Source: Curvularia clavata
Lineage: Eukaryota
Length of the DNA stretch: 64,000 bases
Direction of reading: 5' to 3'
Assembly (NCBI GenBank): GCA_023920165.1
Contig: CP089275.1
Location: forward strand, 3,596,001-3,660,000
The notes below the pieces were generated by a model, which had not been told where the DNA came from, did not search any database, and saw only the letters and a list, made by a program, of their open reading frames with translations. The first letter of the stretch is position 1. Every line of letters starts with the position of its first letter. A program made the translations under genes and the position numbers. This document shows positions 38,581 to 52,100 of this stretch, piece after piece.

Positions 38581-41500
38581 AGAGCAGGAACAGCGGCAGC
38601 GGCAGGAGGCTTAGTTGGAGACAGGAGCAGCTAGAGCTGAAGTAGAGTAGAGACAGGGACGCGAACGGAGCAGCAGGCAGGAGCAGTAGGCAGGCAGGCA
38701 CACACACCTCTCACACACACCCACACTTCACAGCACAGCACAGCACAGCACACACACACACACCCCTCTACACAAGCAGCATGCGCGTCGGTCGTTCTTG
38801 AAACAGACGTCAGCGGCCGGTCGCGGCTGCTTTTTTCTGGTTACGACTGGACACCACACAAGACACCGCACACACACACAAGACAAGACCAGACCAGACC
38901 AGCCAGACGGGAATGGCCCGCGGCGAGTGGTCGAGGGCGAGAGGGGAGCCTGCCTAGCGTCCGCCTGCCCAGTACACAGAACAAGGAGATCCGTGATGAT
39001 GCTCGTGGTCGTGGTAATGATGATGCTGACGGAGCTGGCGGTGCTGGTGTTGGTGCTGGTGCTGGTGCTGCCGCTGCCACACGATGCTGGTTCAACATGA
39101 CCATTGCGTCTGCATGCGGGCGCGGGCCTGCACGTGAGGCATCAGATTTCTTCGCAGCGCATAGTAAGACGCTGCCGCCCACTGGCTCGCCGCCGCGCGG
39201 CTGAGACGCAATCCAGCCGGCGCCGGCGTGCGCTGGCCGCCTTCATGGCAGCCCTGGGCCTCGCCTCGCCTCGACAAACGGCACCCGTTGGTGAGGATGC
39301 TGCTTGCACGGTGCCAGACACGACCGTTACCACGCCCGCCCTGCTGCCACGGCCTGCACCCGACGAGCCTGCGGCGAGGGGAAAAAAACCCTGGTATCCA
39401 GCCCAGGGCTCCCCTGCCCCGGCCCTTGACCCTGCCCGTGCTTTAGCGAGCCAGTCCCTCAACACTCGCCCCATTGTCCGCCTGAGCTGTGAGCATCGGC
39501 TCCATTCCATGCACCACCGCACCCCAAACAGCTCCCCTCGTACGCTGCCTCTGCCAAAATGCTCCAGAATAAACAAACACGACCAAAAAAATTTCTCTTG
39601 CCCGCCGCTCACAGCCACAGCAGCCGCCCCGAGGAGCAAAGGGCGCCAGACACTGCCTCTAGACGCCATCCGCCTCCTCGCCCTCTCCCAACCATGTCCA
39701 AGGCCGGCGCCAACCCCTCGACGACATCACATCGCAGCGTCGTGCATCGCCAATCGCCTCATAGCCATGGATGCCCGCCGCCCGCCGCCTCGCCTCCGGC
39801 TTCGTCATGGTCGTCGTTGCTGAGGGCCCCGGCGCCGCCCTCGTGGTCTGCAGCTCCACTCGATGGCCAGCTGATGTTCTCTCGCGCCCCGGTCCTGGCG
39901 CCCCTCTTCGTCTACAGCCGAATGCCCGGGCATCCCAGAGCCATGGCCTCTGCTGCTCTGCACATCCTCCCTTCCCCCCTCTGATCTGATCACTCCCAAG
40001 TCCTTACCTACTCCGCCTCGACTCAGCCCGACACCGCTTTGCACCCATGTCCACGGCCCACCAGCCCGTGTGGGAACCACTGCTCGGTGCGGGTTACACG
40101 CCGAGCCTTTGTCGCCTGGCGTCTTGATACCCAAACCGGCCACTCATGCAGCATCCGACGTCGTTATGTACATGAAATTCATGGCCCGCTCGTCGTGTCC
40201 TGCAACACCCCCCTCCTCGCCTTTCCCGTCCCATGCTGCTGGCTGCATCTACTGCAAGGCACGTGCAATTTGCGCCTCACAGCCTGCCCTCTTCTCCACT
40301 CCCCTCGTGCCACAACCGTCCCTTTTTGCTTGTAAACTGCACCGCTAAACTGTACCTACAACTGTACCTACACCTAGCGCGGCTGAAACTGCGACTACTC
40401 TACAGTTTTTTTTCCTCGCATATTGGCGCATGTTGTGTGGGTACGCCAACACCCAAGCTGCGTCCATTAGCGCGCCTTTTTTTTACCATCCATCCCATTG
40501 GCTCCCGTCATGTGACTATGCTACCACCCGCTCCAGACAACATTGGCAGGCCCGGTGGGGCTCGGTATTTCTTATGCCGGCTCTGCTCTTACATCACCAC
40601 CTGGCTTGTACGGCCAGTCTTCATTTTCGTTGTTGTTGTTGTTTTTTCGCTGCTCGACGTCGGACATTGCCTGTGATGATTGCTCGCCATCGCCGATAGC
40701 TCAAAAGAAGTATCGTTGTTGGGCCTTCAACCAGAGCGTCGTGTGGCTACACAACGACTCGGTGCCACCAGCCTTCCGCTCTGTCTCAGATCTTGCGACC
40801 GCCGACCATGCCATGCACGAATGAGTGTCCCCGAAGCCGATTTAAGCATTCTCAACGCTTTACTCGCTCACTAAACTTAGATGCCACTTCACCCCAACGC
40901 GGCTGGTGTGTGCTCCCATCAGCCTTTGAGCAACGTAAACTTTTCCCTTCAGCCTTGTGGACTACCCGGCCGCGTTGCACCTACGACTTGACTTGACGAG
41001 AATTGTGAACTAGCCCGTTATGCAGTCGAGCGCAAGGCAATTTTGCAACCTCAACGTTCTAACGTCCAGCACCGGTTTTGCAGATGCAGTCTAGATCAAG
41101 GCACTAGATGTCGTTGCACCGCTTCTGTTTGGTTACCGACATCGGGCCGCACTCCTCACACCCGTACCTACGGCTACCATGTTTGACCATCATGATACCA
41201 TCAAAGACTTGGTTGCATTCTCACGGCTCATCACGCCATGCTCATTTGTTCGTTCGAAGCAATGTCAATTACAAAAGTTCGTCATGGTAGCGCTGCTTTG
41301 ATATCCGAACAGCGGTTGTTGGGACAATGTCCCGGACTGAAGCCGTATAATTGCCCCCAATGTTCATGGTTTATTTCCTATGTTGCAAATCTCACAGTTG
41401 ACTACGAGCCATGTCACCTTCTAACTGTCTTGGTTTCAACGCCAACCGCTAGCCTAACCCTCAACACTTTCGTCCTCCAAAGCCACTGTGCTCCATGCCG

Positions 41501-43584
41501 TGTCCACGAAATCCTAGTCTGCGCGCCGGGACAGGTACTGTTGTACAAGCAAACTTGTCTTGAGCCCCACGAACCTACCAATGTCCGCTCCTCAACGAGC
41601 AATCCTTCCGCATCCTGAGTTAAGAGGGTGCAAGGTTGCCATCATGTCACCTTGGACCTCTGTGTGACTTCGTAGTTGCCGCACGAAGTATACCAACTAC
41701 TTCTCTCGCCATAGCACTGGGAAAATGTTACAGTACTAGTAAAGTCTTCTACAATGACACAACATCCATCATCTCCGTTACTGCCATTCAAGTGAAATCT
41801 TGAGTGATGTCTTACTTTTTCCGTATTGGATCAAGTGTCGTGTGGTCACAAGATGAGTGTCGTGTCGTCATGTTCCAGCCGGCTGCTATACTGCCGCCTT
41901 GGGAGAACCCGCCAGTGACATTGACTCTAGGTTTGGTCTGAACTTAAGCCTCCGAAGCTTTCAGAGACCAACAACGCAATACTGGTTACGACTTTGGGTA
42001 GGTAATTAAACTCCGGTATTAGTGCACCACGTTCCCACTCCGCGAAACGTCTGCCGCAAGACTAGCGGCGTTTCAAACCCTCAGCGTGCATTAGGTTAAG
42101 TGACCATTTCTTGCGATTGACCCTGACGAACAATGATGTTGCTCATCCGGCTTTTCTCCCAGTTGACTTTGATTTGTAGGACCACGTTTTCATGCTTTCC
42201 AGATCAATCAACGTTCTCAGCAGAGTGCAGGACTGAGACCCTGATCAACACACCAATCAGCTCGTTCCTACTGAGCGGTTTGTTTCCCAAAGACATTCCT
42301 ATTCCTCGAACAACCTTCTTACATTCTGACGATTGTGTCTTTTCATCCTCCATATTTGTTGGACGCAACAATACGATATTGACGCCAGAAGCATGACAAT
42401 CGTCGATCCCAGCCCTGATGACGCGGCCCTTCATCTCTTTGCCTTGTCGAACTCTAGCGCTCAAAGGGCACTTGGAAGTCCAGAACAACGACTCATTCTC
42501 CATGCTGAAAAGGCCCACTTCATGGCCTCTTAGGCGCTTCACTTCCGTTTCTTGAAATTGCTTCGCCATTCACACCAGCCTTTTCGCTAGCATGGTCATA
42601 CATGGCTGCCTGCACAACGATAATGTGCAGTCAATCAGGCGTCAGCGCTTGGAAAATGCACGAATGAGGGGTTCGGTCGCGGCGTCTTTTGCTGCAATCG
42701 ATAGAGTCAGTCTATTCAAATCAAAGAAGAGTACAACCTATCAAGAACAGGGTATGAACATGGCCTGAAGACTATATCCTTTTTATTTCCGTACAGCCAG
42801 AAAAGTTGGAAGCAACGGCTTAAGGATCAACGTACCTCTCAAAGGTGCGACAGGTGATCACACTGGCAAAGGTACCCGGCCATCGAAACCAATCATATCT
42901 GCGTTCCTATCCGAACCATCCACCAAGCCACTGTGCTGTGTCGTTGGCCCCCAAAATCTCCCCGATATATCGCCGACACAATGCAGGTGAGGTCACTTCG
43001 TCACCCGCGCCTGGTGAACAGACAATACTTTGCAAAAACTGTTTCCACAAGTCCATAACGGCTGCATCACAGTCGCCTGACAAGTTCTTGACCTTTGGCC
43101 CCAAGTACACTTGATAGGTCTTTGAGCTGCCACAAAACACCATGCCACGCGAGTCGAGAAGGCTGCATTGCCAAGCCAACATCTTCGCTTACCCTTGAAA
43201 CCAGAACCAAAGCCCCGGGCGGTTATGCCCGTCTGCGAGCCGTCTGTAGTATACCTATCTCAGCCTTGCCCCACGTTTCCTTCGCCGAACAACCTGAAAG
43301 ATACGGACAACTGTATCCCCGCTTAACCTTTGACAGACAATATTTGGGGGGGGGGCTGTGTTGAGGCGCGGGGAATTAACTATGCAGGCAGATTGATTCG
43401 GCTGCTGGGCTTGATGCCTGGGGCATCTTTCTCAGAATGGGGGTTTAGCTGTAGACAAGGCTGTGGGGGAGTGTAGGTACTTAAGTACCGCCTGTTCGGC
43501 AATTATGGCGTCTTGGTTGACGTAGCGGTATCCGGATTCCCCTTGAACGAAGAAACGTATCAAACAGGACTGGAGCCTTTCAAG

Positions 43585-44908
43585 ATGGGTGTATTCAATC
43601 TTCTCCGTTCCTGTTGCTTGGGGCGACCCAAACAATACAAAGAATCTTTGGTTGAGTACTCGTATGGTAGGCTTATCACCTCTCCCTGATAACGTTGAAC
43701 TAAAGACTATCACAGTGCCATATGGTCCGCCGGTCAACGAAGTTGCAGACACTTCGGTAAAGGCAAATTTTGTAGAGTCCAAGCAGCCAGCTAAAGAGCC
43801 TACGCCTCCACCACATTACTCTGTAAACTCTCTATCCAAAGTACAGACGATAGTCTCCTCTGCTCCCACCAACGCAAGTCCTGCCCCCTCTTCCACAAAA
43901 GACAATGAGGAAAACAGCGAAGCCGTGTTCCGAGTCATTAAGCCGTTGCCCCAACGCCGTGACAAAAGAACAAGTGTAGCAGAGCAGAAGAGTCTGCTGC
44001 AGACACCTTTGCCTCCAAGCTTGTATGAGAAGTCAGCGGAGCCAGTAGCTCAGCAGGTCAAAGACGGGAAAGACGACGAAGCAGTAACTTCCAAGCCGGT
44101 GCAGCTGTTCGTCTTTCCAAAGTCGGATATCAACGTTGAAAACAATGTTGCGGTGGCTTCTTCGTCCACTACAATGACTACTACAACGACTCAGACGACA
44201 ACAACAGAAACGGCAACAGCATCGATAGCACTTGGTGCAAAAACTGCTGGAACTACCACCATCTTCGACCGGCTTGCCGCCAGCAACCCTCATCCTGTGT
44301 CTACTTCTACTCCTGCCACTCCGGTTCCTGTTCCTAATCCAACTCCCGCACCTATTCCCACACCCGCTCCCACACCTCCGAGAGGTAACCCTTATCTGAA
44401 CCTCGCGCTTCGCCCCGCTCCCACTAATCCCACCACACCCGCCAACACCTCTGCTCCCCTCCCCACCGCCAAATCAGTCATCCTTCGTCCTGACCCTCCC
44501 AAAACCACCACCGACATCACACCACCCAAGCCCGAGCCCCAAGCCGCCCCTTCCCCAGGCGTCCTCTGCCCCAAATGCTCCTCTCCCAACACCCCCCTGA
44601 TAACCCAAACCCGCAATCTCAACCACCTACGCCCCTACCACCTCTGCTCCAACACCTCCTGCCGCTCCTGGAACGGCTTCACCGACACTCGTGGCCTAGA
44701 TCGCCATCAACAATGCGACTGTAGCCCCTCGTACCCGATGCGGCTCGTGGCCATGAATAAGACAGACCAGTGGGGCAGGAGACAAGCGTTTTGGAGTTGT
44801 CAGTACAAGGCGTGTAGTGCATGGGGAGTTTGTCTAGATGACGAGGGAGACGAGAAGTGGTTTTCTAGGGGAGAGGTGGAGGCGATGGTGGAGGACGGAC
44901 GAATTTGA
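43585..44908 (+). CDS. Protein with two C-terminal GRF-type zinc fingers, Pro/Thr-rich linker and MG...CC N-terminus (intron 43667-43715)
   Basis: CPKC...NHLRPYHLCSNTSC and CDC...GRRQAFWSCQYKAC. The spliced N-terminus MGVFNLLRSCCLGRPKQYKESLVEYSY|VPYGP joins the 439-aa ORF frame. Confidence 0.75.
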
Positions 44909-45196
44909 ATTGTCGTCTTTCTTATGAGAGGGTAGGTGATAGGGGGAGCTGAGGATGAGCATGAGGATGGGTTGGCTTTGTGGTGGAAAGATGGGGATGT
45001 TAGAGAAGGCTGGTCTAGTGGTGGTGTGCTGGATACTGAGTATCTTACTCGGTCAATGTGGCTTCGAATTCTTACGATTCTAGACAAGGAGGCATTTCTT
45101 TTATTCTTGGATACTGCAGCAATTACCTTATGAACCTGGATTTCAAAGCCCCAATGATAAACTTCGTTAGACAGTTGCTTAGCATCTACATATCCC

Positions 45197-46342
45197 TCAC
45201 CACTCCCAGAACATCTTGGTGTTCAATTTAATCGACGGACCCCTTAAGTACTTCTCCAGCGCCGCCTCACTCTTTTCCTTTCTACCTTTTGTGTCCTCTT
45301 CAGGCAGACGCCGATCCCTGTAGTACCACTCCTTAGGACTCTTCCTTTCCTCAACAATATACTCATCCATGAGACGCAGCTGCGCCAACTGGCGCATACT
45401 CCACGTTTCCCATCCGGGCATTTGGAATACAATACTCTGTTCGGTACTCGTGTTGGTCATTGCACTGTCATAGCATCTATGCAGCGAATTCGCCACCATT
45501 AGTGGTGGCTGATTTAAGAATGGCGTTATATCGAAAGAGTCTGCATGCGGATCTAGAGACTGACGCGGTCGACTATCAGCACGACGAACACGTGATTCCC
45601 AGGCGACATGACGTCGAAACGCCGCTAGCAGCAACCTACGACGACCTAAGTAGTGGCTGCGTAGGAACATGTAGATGGCCGCGTTCCTTTCTTCTGCGCT
45701 CTTGTTCGCTTCGATCTTTGGTAGAAAATCTTCCAAGAGTTTGTCGCGAAACTTTCGTGCCAACATTTCCTCTCGGAAGAGCCAGCTGAACAGTCTCCGC
45801 CACTTGAATACCAACAGCCAGGATTCGGGCCCGGTGTGCATACGGGCATAGGGAATCACGACATCGCTCACGATACCACCTTTTGTGAAGCCTTTGCTCA
45901 TTGTGCCTTCGCCCAGGCGAACGATGATTTGTTTTCCGCGGTCGTGTTTATATGGTGGTGAAGACTCAGGCGATATGACCTGGTCAACCCAATACTCCGC
46001 ATCGTCGCCAAGACGCATTCTCAAGGTATCTGCGCCTTGATCTGCTTCGAACGCTACGAATGCAGGAAGGCCATCCTTGTGCTCTTTTTCAAGCTCGTCG
46101 GTTCTACTTGAAGCAGACTGAAAATGGACAAAGTCGTCGAAGTCAACGTCGCCGATGCATACGGCGAACGAGAGCTTGGGAACCCAGAAGCCGTGGAAGT
46201 GCTGCTCGATTACAGTTCTGTGATAACGAGTAATAAAGCGGAGCTGAGTCCATTGGTAAGCGGGATCATCGTTGTGCAAGAAGATGAGAGATGTGATGAT
46301 GGTATCGATTAGCTCACGTGGTAGCTTGGAAAACAGTGACAT
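45197..46342 (-). CDS. F-box-like protein, lineage-specific
   Basis: N-terminal FSKLPRELIDTII F-box-like start; 381-aa intronless ORF. Confidence 0.65.
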   Translation of the reverse strand: MSLFSKLPRELIDTIITSLIFLHNDDPAYQWTQLRFITRYHRTVIEQHFHGFWVPKLSFAVCIGDVDFDDFVHFQSASSRTDELEKEHKDGLPAFVAFEADQGADTLRMRLGDDAEYWVDQVISPESSPPYKHDRGKQIIVRLGEGTMSKGFTKGGIVSDVVIPYARMHTGPESWLLVFKWRRLFSWLFREEMLARKFRDKLLEDFLPKIEANKSAEERNAAIYMFLRSHYLGRRRLLLAAFRRHVAWESRVRRADSRPRQSLDPHADSFDITPFLNQPPLMVANSLHRCYDSAMTNTSTEQSIVFQMPGWETWSMRQLAQLRLMDEYIVEERKSPKEWYYRDRRLPEEDTKGRKEKSEAALEKYLRGPSIKLNTKMFWEW

Positions 46343-46551
46343 TGCACAAAATATAAGAAGTTGAGTACAATATTGGGTTGAATATAGAGCTGAGTATAGG
46401 TAGGCGTTAATCTGTCCTTGTAACCCGGGAAAGTCTAGCCGGTTCCGCCATTTGCTAGACAGTAAACGCGTGACTATAACCCGCTAGGCCAATAGCAATT
46501 GTTGTTATTTAGCAGCATGGAAAGCAGACTCCTAACAACACCCTACAGCAG

Positions 46552-46663
46552 CCTCGGTCTAAGCGAATCCTTCTCAGGTTTCATCGGCAATGCATTGCAT
46601 GTTCGTGGTGTGAGACGTTGAGCGGGCTTGGACCAAAGCGGAGGTGATCTGAACGTACCTCGG
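46552..46663 (+). promoter_or_regulatory. Two FarA/FarB-type CCTCGG sites upstream of the acyl-CoA dehydrogenase
   Basis: CCTCGG at 46552-46557 and 46658-46663, within 250 bp of the ATG of a peroxisomal fatty-acid catabolism gene. Confidence 0.65.
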
Positions 46664-46800
46664 CAACTTTGGACGCGGAGTAGCGTAACTGCACCCTTCA
46701 TAGCCGCCAATGCGTCGCCTCCACACAAGCTATTCAAGTACCCCGGATTCCCCTCCCCTTGTTGTTCCAGGAGTCCAGTTTCTTCATCACATTCACAATC

Positions 46801-48337
46801 ATGTCTGTACCATACGACCGAGCCTTTGACCTGCTGAGCAATAGCCAGAATGGCCATATCCCAGCATCCAAGCGCATTCCCGCCATTGCTCGGCCATTCG
46901 TCAGCGAAAGAGCTGCGAAGACGCTCGATATCGTAAGTAGCTAAAAAAAGGAGACCGCAAACACATGCTTACACTCTGTCCAGGTAGAGAAGTTTGTCGA
47001 GGAGGAATGTATCCCAGCCGATGCTGTATACGTACGCCAGCTCGGCCAGACTGTAGAGGAGCGCTTTTCCGCACACCCATCGATTATCGAGGACCTCAAG
47101 AAGCGGGCACAAGAGCTCGGGCTGTGGAACATGTTCCTGCCCAAGGCACACTTCAAGGAGGGTGCTGGCTTCAGCAATCTGGAATACGGACTCATGGCCG
47201 AGTATCTGGGCAAGAGCCGAACTGCTTCCGAGGCGGTCAACTGCGCTGCCCCAGATACTGGCAACATGGAGGTTATTGCCAAGTACGGCAGCGAGGCACA
47301 GAAGAGACAGTGGCTTGATCCTCTGCTTCAAGGCAAGATCCGGTCAGCTTTCCTGATGACCGAGCCTCAGGTGGCATCGAGTGATGCTACCAACATTGAG
47401 ATGAGCATCAAGCGCGATGGCGACCACTATGTGCTCAACGGCCAGGTTCGTATTCTTTTTCTCACGTGTTCCCCTTTACATAGCTAATTCCGTCCAGAAA
47501 TGGTGGTCCTCCGGCATTGGCGACCCTCGCTGCAAGATTCTCATCGTTCTTGGAAAGACTGACCCCAACAACGCCGACAAGTACAAGCAGCAGTCGGTCA
47601 TTCTTGTCCCCAATGACACCCCTGGTGTTACCGTTCACCGCATGCTTTCGGTCATGGGTTTCGATGATGCGCCCCACGGTCACGGACACGTTACCTTTGA
47701 GAATGTCCGTGTGCCTGCCAGCAATATGGTGCTCGGCGAGGGTCGTGGATTCGAGATCATTCAAGGCCGTCTCGGCCCTGGACGTATCCACCACGCCATG
47801 AGGAGCATTGGCTCTGCTGAGAAGGCATTGGAGTGGTTCTTGGCCCGCATCAACGACGAGCGCAAGAAGCCTTTTGGACAGATGCTCAACCAGCACGGCA
47901 TCATGCTGGAGCGTGTGGCCCGAGCACGTATTGAGATTGACGCGGCCCGTCTTGCCGTGTGCAATGCTGCTATCCAGATTGACCAGACCAACGCCAAGGG
48001 CGCGCTCAAGGAGATTGCCGAGGTCAAGGTGCTTGTGCCAGAGGTCAACCTCAAAGTCATTGACTGGGCGATACAAGCATATGGTGGTGCTGGTGTTAGT
48101 CAAGAAACACCACTGGCGCAGATGTGGGCGTCGGGCAGGACAATGCGCATTGTCGACGGCCCAGACGAGGTTCATCTCCTACAGCTCGGCAGGAACGAGA
48201 ACAAGAGGGGTCCGGCACACAAGCAGAGGCTCGAGGCGCAGAAGAAGAAGGGCGAAGAGCTGTGCCGCAAGTACGGCATTGAGCCTAGGGATCCGCTGTA
48301 TCTTAACAGGAAGAGCGGAGAGGCCAGCAAGTTGTAG
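46801..48337 (+). CDS. Peroxisomal acyl-CoA dehydrogenase (ACAD10/11-like), 2 introns
   Basis: NCAAPDTGNME, SAFLMTEPQVASSDATN, KWWSSG, GRGFEIIQGRLGPGRIHH, RIVDGPDEVH; C-terminal PTS1 SKL*. Confidence 0.93.
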
Positions 48338-49129
48338 ATAGTTTCTTATCATACCATGTCTGGTAAATAAAATCCCATTAGCGCTGCATCATTATTCGAG
48401 AGAATATGCAATGACGTGAAGGTTGGTCTTGAGTCTGCTTCGGAACGGTTCCGAAGTTAGCGCCGAACGCGGAATTGTGAGCTAGTCTAGGAACGATAGG
48501 CGGTTGTATTCTTCTACTGAGCATTTTAGCACGATAAAGGAAAACGAAATATTATAACTAGTGTGATTCCTAAGAGTATCGTGAGCTATGCCTGCTACTA
48601 TGCGGTTCATGCCGTCGTGACTCCGCAGTTAAGACTGTCTGCTGCTTCGTGTTCAAGTCCGCAATGTAATAGCGGCACCGTACGTCTGTGCATAAACCAA
48701 CACCACCCTACGGACATCGTAATACACTCCTATAGCAAACAACAGTCTGTAGACAACGTTTTCTGCACGATCAGATCGCATCTTTAACACAAGGACCGCT
48801 TCTCGGTTTGGCTGTCGCACGATCATGCAATGTCAGTCTTGGCCCGTCAGCCTTGCGCTACTAAGCAGGTGGGCTGCGCCTCCTGCCGTGGGTGTTGGAG
48901 ATGCAGCCTGGCCCAACGTCCAGCCTGCTGCACTGCAACTCCTAGACTCTACCACTCCTCCTCATCTCTGAATTTTTAACCCGTTGTTTGACGTTTGCAA
49001 TATACCCAATAGCTAAGGCCTCTCTGCCCTGCGTGAGTGAGTCTCTAGTTGCCCTCGATTCCCTCAGCCTGCTTTGAAGCTTCGACGCTTGCCTCTAGCG
49101 CTCACACATACATACGCATACACATTCCG

Positions 49130-52100
49130 ATGCGACTGCTATACACTACGAGCGATGGGAGGTTTCAATGGACCGGGGATTTAATCGGGAAAAATATTCC
49201 CTCTTATGCGATCCTGTCGCACACCTGGAAAGAAGGGCAGGAGGTGACATTTGCCGACCTAAAAGATCTAGACAACGCTGCAGGTGATGAGATACGAAGC
49301 AAGGAGGGGTATCAGAAGCTTCACTTCTGCGCTCAACAAGCTAAGCAGGACGGTCTAAACTACTTCTGGGTGGACACCTGCTGTATCGACAAGGCAAACA
49401 ACACAGAGCTCTCAGAGGCGATTAACTCTATGTTTCGTTGGTACCAGAACGCAAAGAAGTGCTATGTCTTTCTTTCAGATGTTGAAAACGACACTCTCGA
49501 GTGCGAATTGGCGTTTAGAAAGAGCAGGTGGTTCAGCAGAGGCTGGACGCTCCAGGAACTACTAGCACCACATTCTGTCGAGTTCTTCTCTAAAGATGGA
49601 GCGCGACTGGGAGACAAGGAGTCGCTTAGGCAGACTCTACACGAGATTACTGGAATACCTATCAAGGCCCTATCAGGGAGCGAGTTGTCTGAGTTTGACG
49701 TTGCTGAGCGGTTCTCTTGGGCAGCAAATCGCCAGACGACACGCGAAGAAGACGGTGCATACTGTCTACTAGGCATATTCGACATTCATCTACCTTTAAT
49801 CTACGGTGAAGGCAGAGAGAAGGCACTAAAACGATTGAGAAAGGAGATCGAGGTTGCTTCCGTGGATGTCAGAGGTGCTGAGATTCGCAGCCAAGATCAA
49901 GAGAAGAGGCTGAGCAAAATCCACAGCTGGCTTTCGGCTCCCGACCCATCCACGAACTACCAAAAAGCGCACAAGCAGCGGCAGGCTGAGACTGGACTCT
50001 GGCTGTTGGATAGTACATCCTTCGCTCAATGGAAGGCAGGTGCAGCGTCGCGACTATGGCTGTATGGGATCCCAGGATGTGGAAAGACTATCCTAAGCTC
50101 TACAGTCATCGAGCACCTACTACAACATTGCGAGAGTGACGCTAGTATAGTAACAGCGTTCTTCTACTTCGACTTCAATGATACGCAGAAGCAGGACCCA
50201 GAGCTAATGCTCCGCTCGTTGCTCCGCCAACTCTTCCAGCGTTTGGCTACAGTACCTAAGGGCATCGACGCATTACTCTCAGTTTGTGAAAACGGACAGC
50301 GACAGCCATCACTGCATGCGCTTCTGGAGCTGACACCGGAGGTGATGCGGCAGTTTACGCATGTCTATATTGTTCTTGATGCGCTTGACGAATGCACACA
50401 ACGTCAAGAATTAATGGACATACTTGAAATGGTAGCTGCGTGGCAGCTAGATAACGTACATCTACTCATGACTAGCCGGAAAGAGCGGGATATTGAGAGC
50501 TCTTTAGAGAGTTACATCAAAAAGGAAGACACTGTCTGTCTTCAAAGAGATGTTGTGGATAGTGATATACAACGATACGTTCGACAAAGACTATCTAATG
50601 ATAAGACTCTGGCAAAATGGAACAAAGATGCTGCCGTCAGGCAAGAGATTGAGAATGCATTAATGCAGGGCGCCCACGGGATGTACGTGCAGACATCTAG
50701 TGACGCCCGAAGCTAAAGCTAATAATAGTGTAGGTTTCGATGGGCGGTATGTCAGCTTGACATGTTAGCACAGTGTCGCAATCGAGCAATGCTGCGCAGG
50801 TCATTGGCTACTTTACCACAAACACTAGACCAAACATACGACCGTATTCTGTCTAGTATAAGCGACCAAGATTGCGACTTCGCGACGCGCATCTTGCAGT
50901 GGCTGGTATTTTCTACGCGGCCGATGTCAGTTGAAGAGATTGCTGAGGTTGTCGCTATCGATGTGGCGCGCGACCCAGCGTTTGACCGCGATGAAGTGCT
51001 AGAAGACCCGCTAGAAGCGTTGAACATCTGCTCTAGTCTTGTCTCTATCACGAAAAATGAAGAGAGCGAAAGTATTATCGCGCTAGCGCATTATTCCGTA
51101 CAGGAGTATCTTGTATCCGAGAGAATCAAACAAGGACAGGCAAAACAGTACAGTATGGAAGAGGTCAAATGCCACAATACAATAGCAGAAGGCTGTTTGA
51201 AATATTTAATGCAGTTCCAGCAACCAATATCAACGCATATTATTCAGACGTACGCACTTGCAAGATATGCAGCAGAGTTTTGGAGCATCCATCTTCAAAA
51301 AGCAGGTGACGAGACAGATGGGGCGAGTCAGGTAGCAATGAGCTTGATGTCAAAAGAACAACCCGCATATCTCAGCTGGATCCGGTTATTTGATCCAGAT
51401 TCGCCATGGGACAGCCCCCGCCTAGACAGACGTCTAAATGGTATGGCTACGCCGCTTTATTATGCTGCATTGCTGGGCTTGAGCACAATTACGGGAACAT
51501 TGCTAGCTGAAGGCGCCGACGTCAACGCCCAGGGTGGAGCGTACGGCAACGCACTATCCGCAGCTTCATCTTGTGGCCACGAGCAAGTGGTCAAGATACT
51601 ACTTGACGCGGGCGCCGACGTTAACGCCCAGGGTGGATGGTACGGCAACGCACTATCCGCAGCTTCATATTATGGCCTCGAGCAAGTAGTCAAGATACTG
51701 CTTGACGCGGGCGCCGACGTCAACGCCCAAGGTGGAAAGTACGGCAACGCACTATCCGCAGCTTCATATTATGGCCTCGAGCAAGTGGTCAAGATACTGC
51801 TTGACGCGGGCGCCGACGTCAACGCCCAAGGTGGAAAGTACGGCAACGCACTATCCGCAGCTTCATATTATGGCCTCGAGCAAGTGGTCAAGATACTGCT
51901 TGACGCGGGCGCCGACGTCAACGCCCAGAGTGGATGGTACGGCAATGCACTATCCGCAGCTTCATCTCGTGGCCACGAGCAAGTGGTCAAGATACTGCTT
52001 GACGCGGGCGCCGACGTCAACGCCCAGGGTGGAGAGTACGGCAACGCACTCTACGCAGCTTCATATTATGGCCACGAGCACGTGGTCAAGATACTGCTTG

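Noticed and set aside
39104..39823. 239-aa ORF and overlapping ORFs upstream of GSK3
   Set aside because: Low-complexity GC-rich DNA open in several frames on both strands, non-ATG start, and no recognisable motifs.
47462..48175. Long antisense ORFs over the acyl-CoA dehydrogenase (and similarly over HOM3, the phosphatase and LTV1)
   Set aside because: Expected shadow ORFs from biased codon usage of the real genes.
48340..49129. Possible amyloid-signalling partner or effector gene next to the NLR
   Set aside because: No ORF or HET-s/PP/sigma-like motif seen, and the NLR already carries its own HET effector domain.
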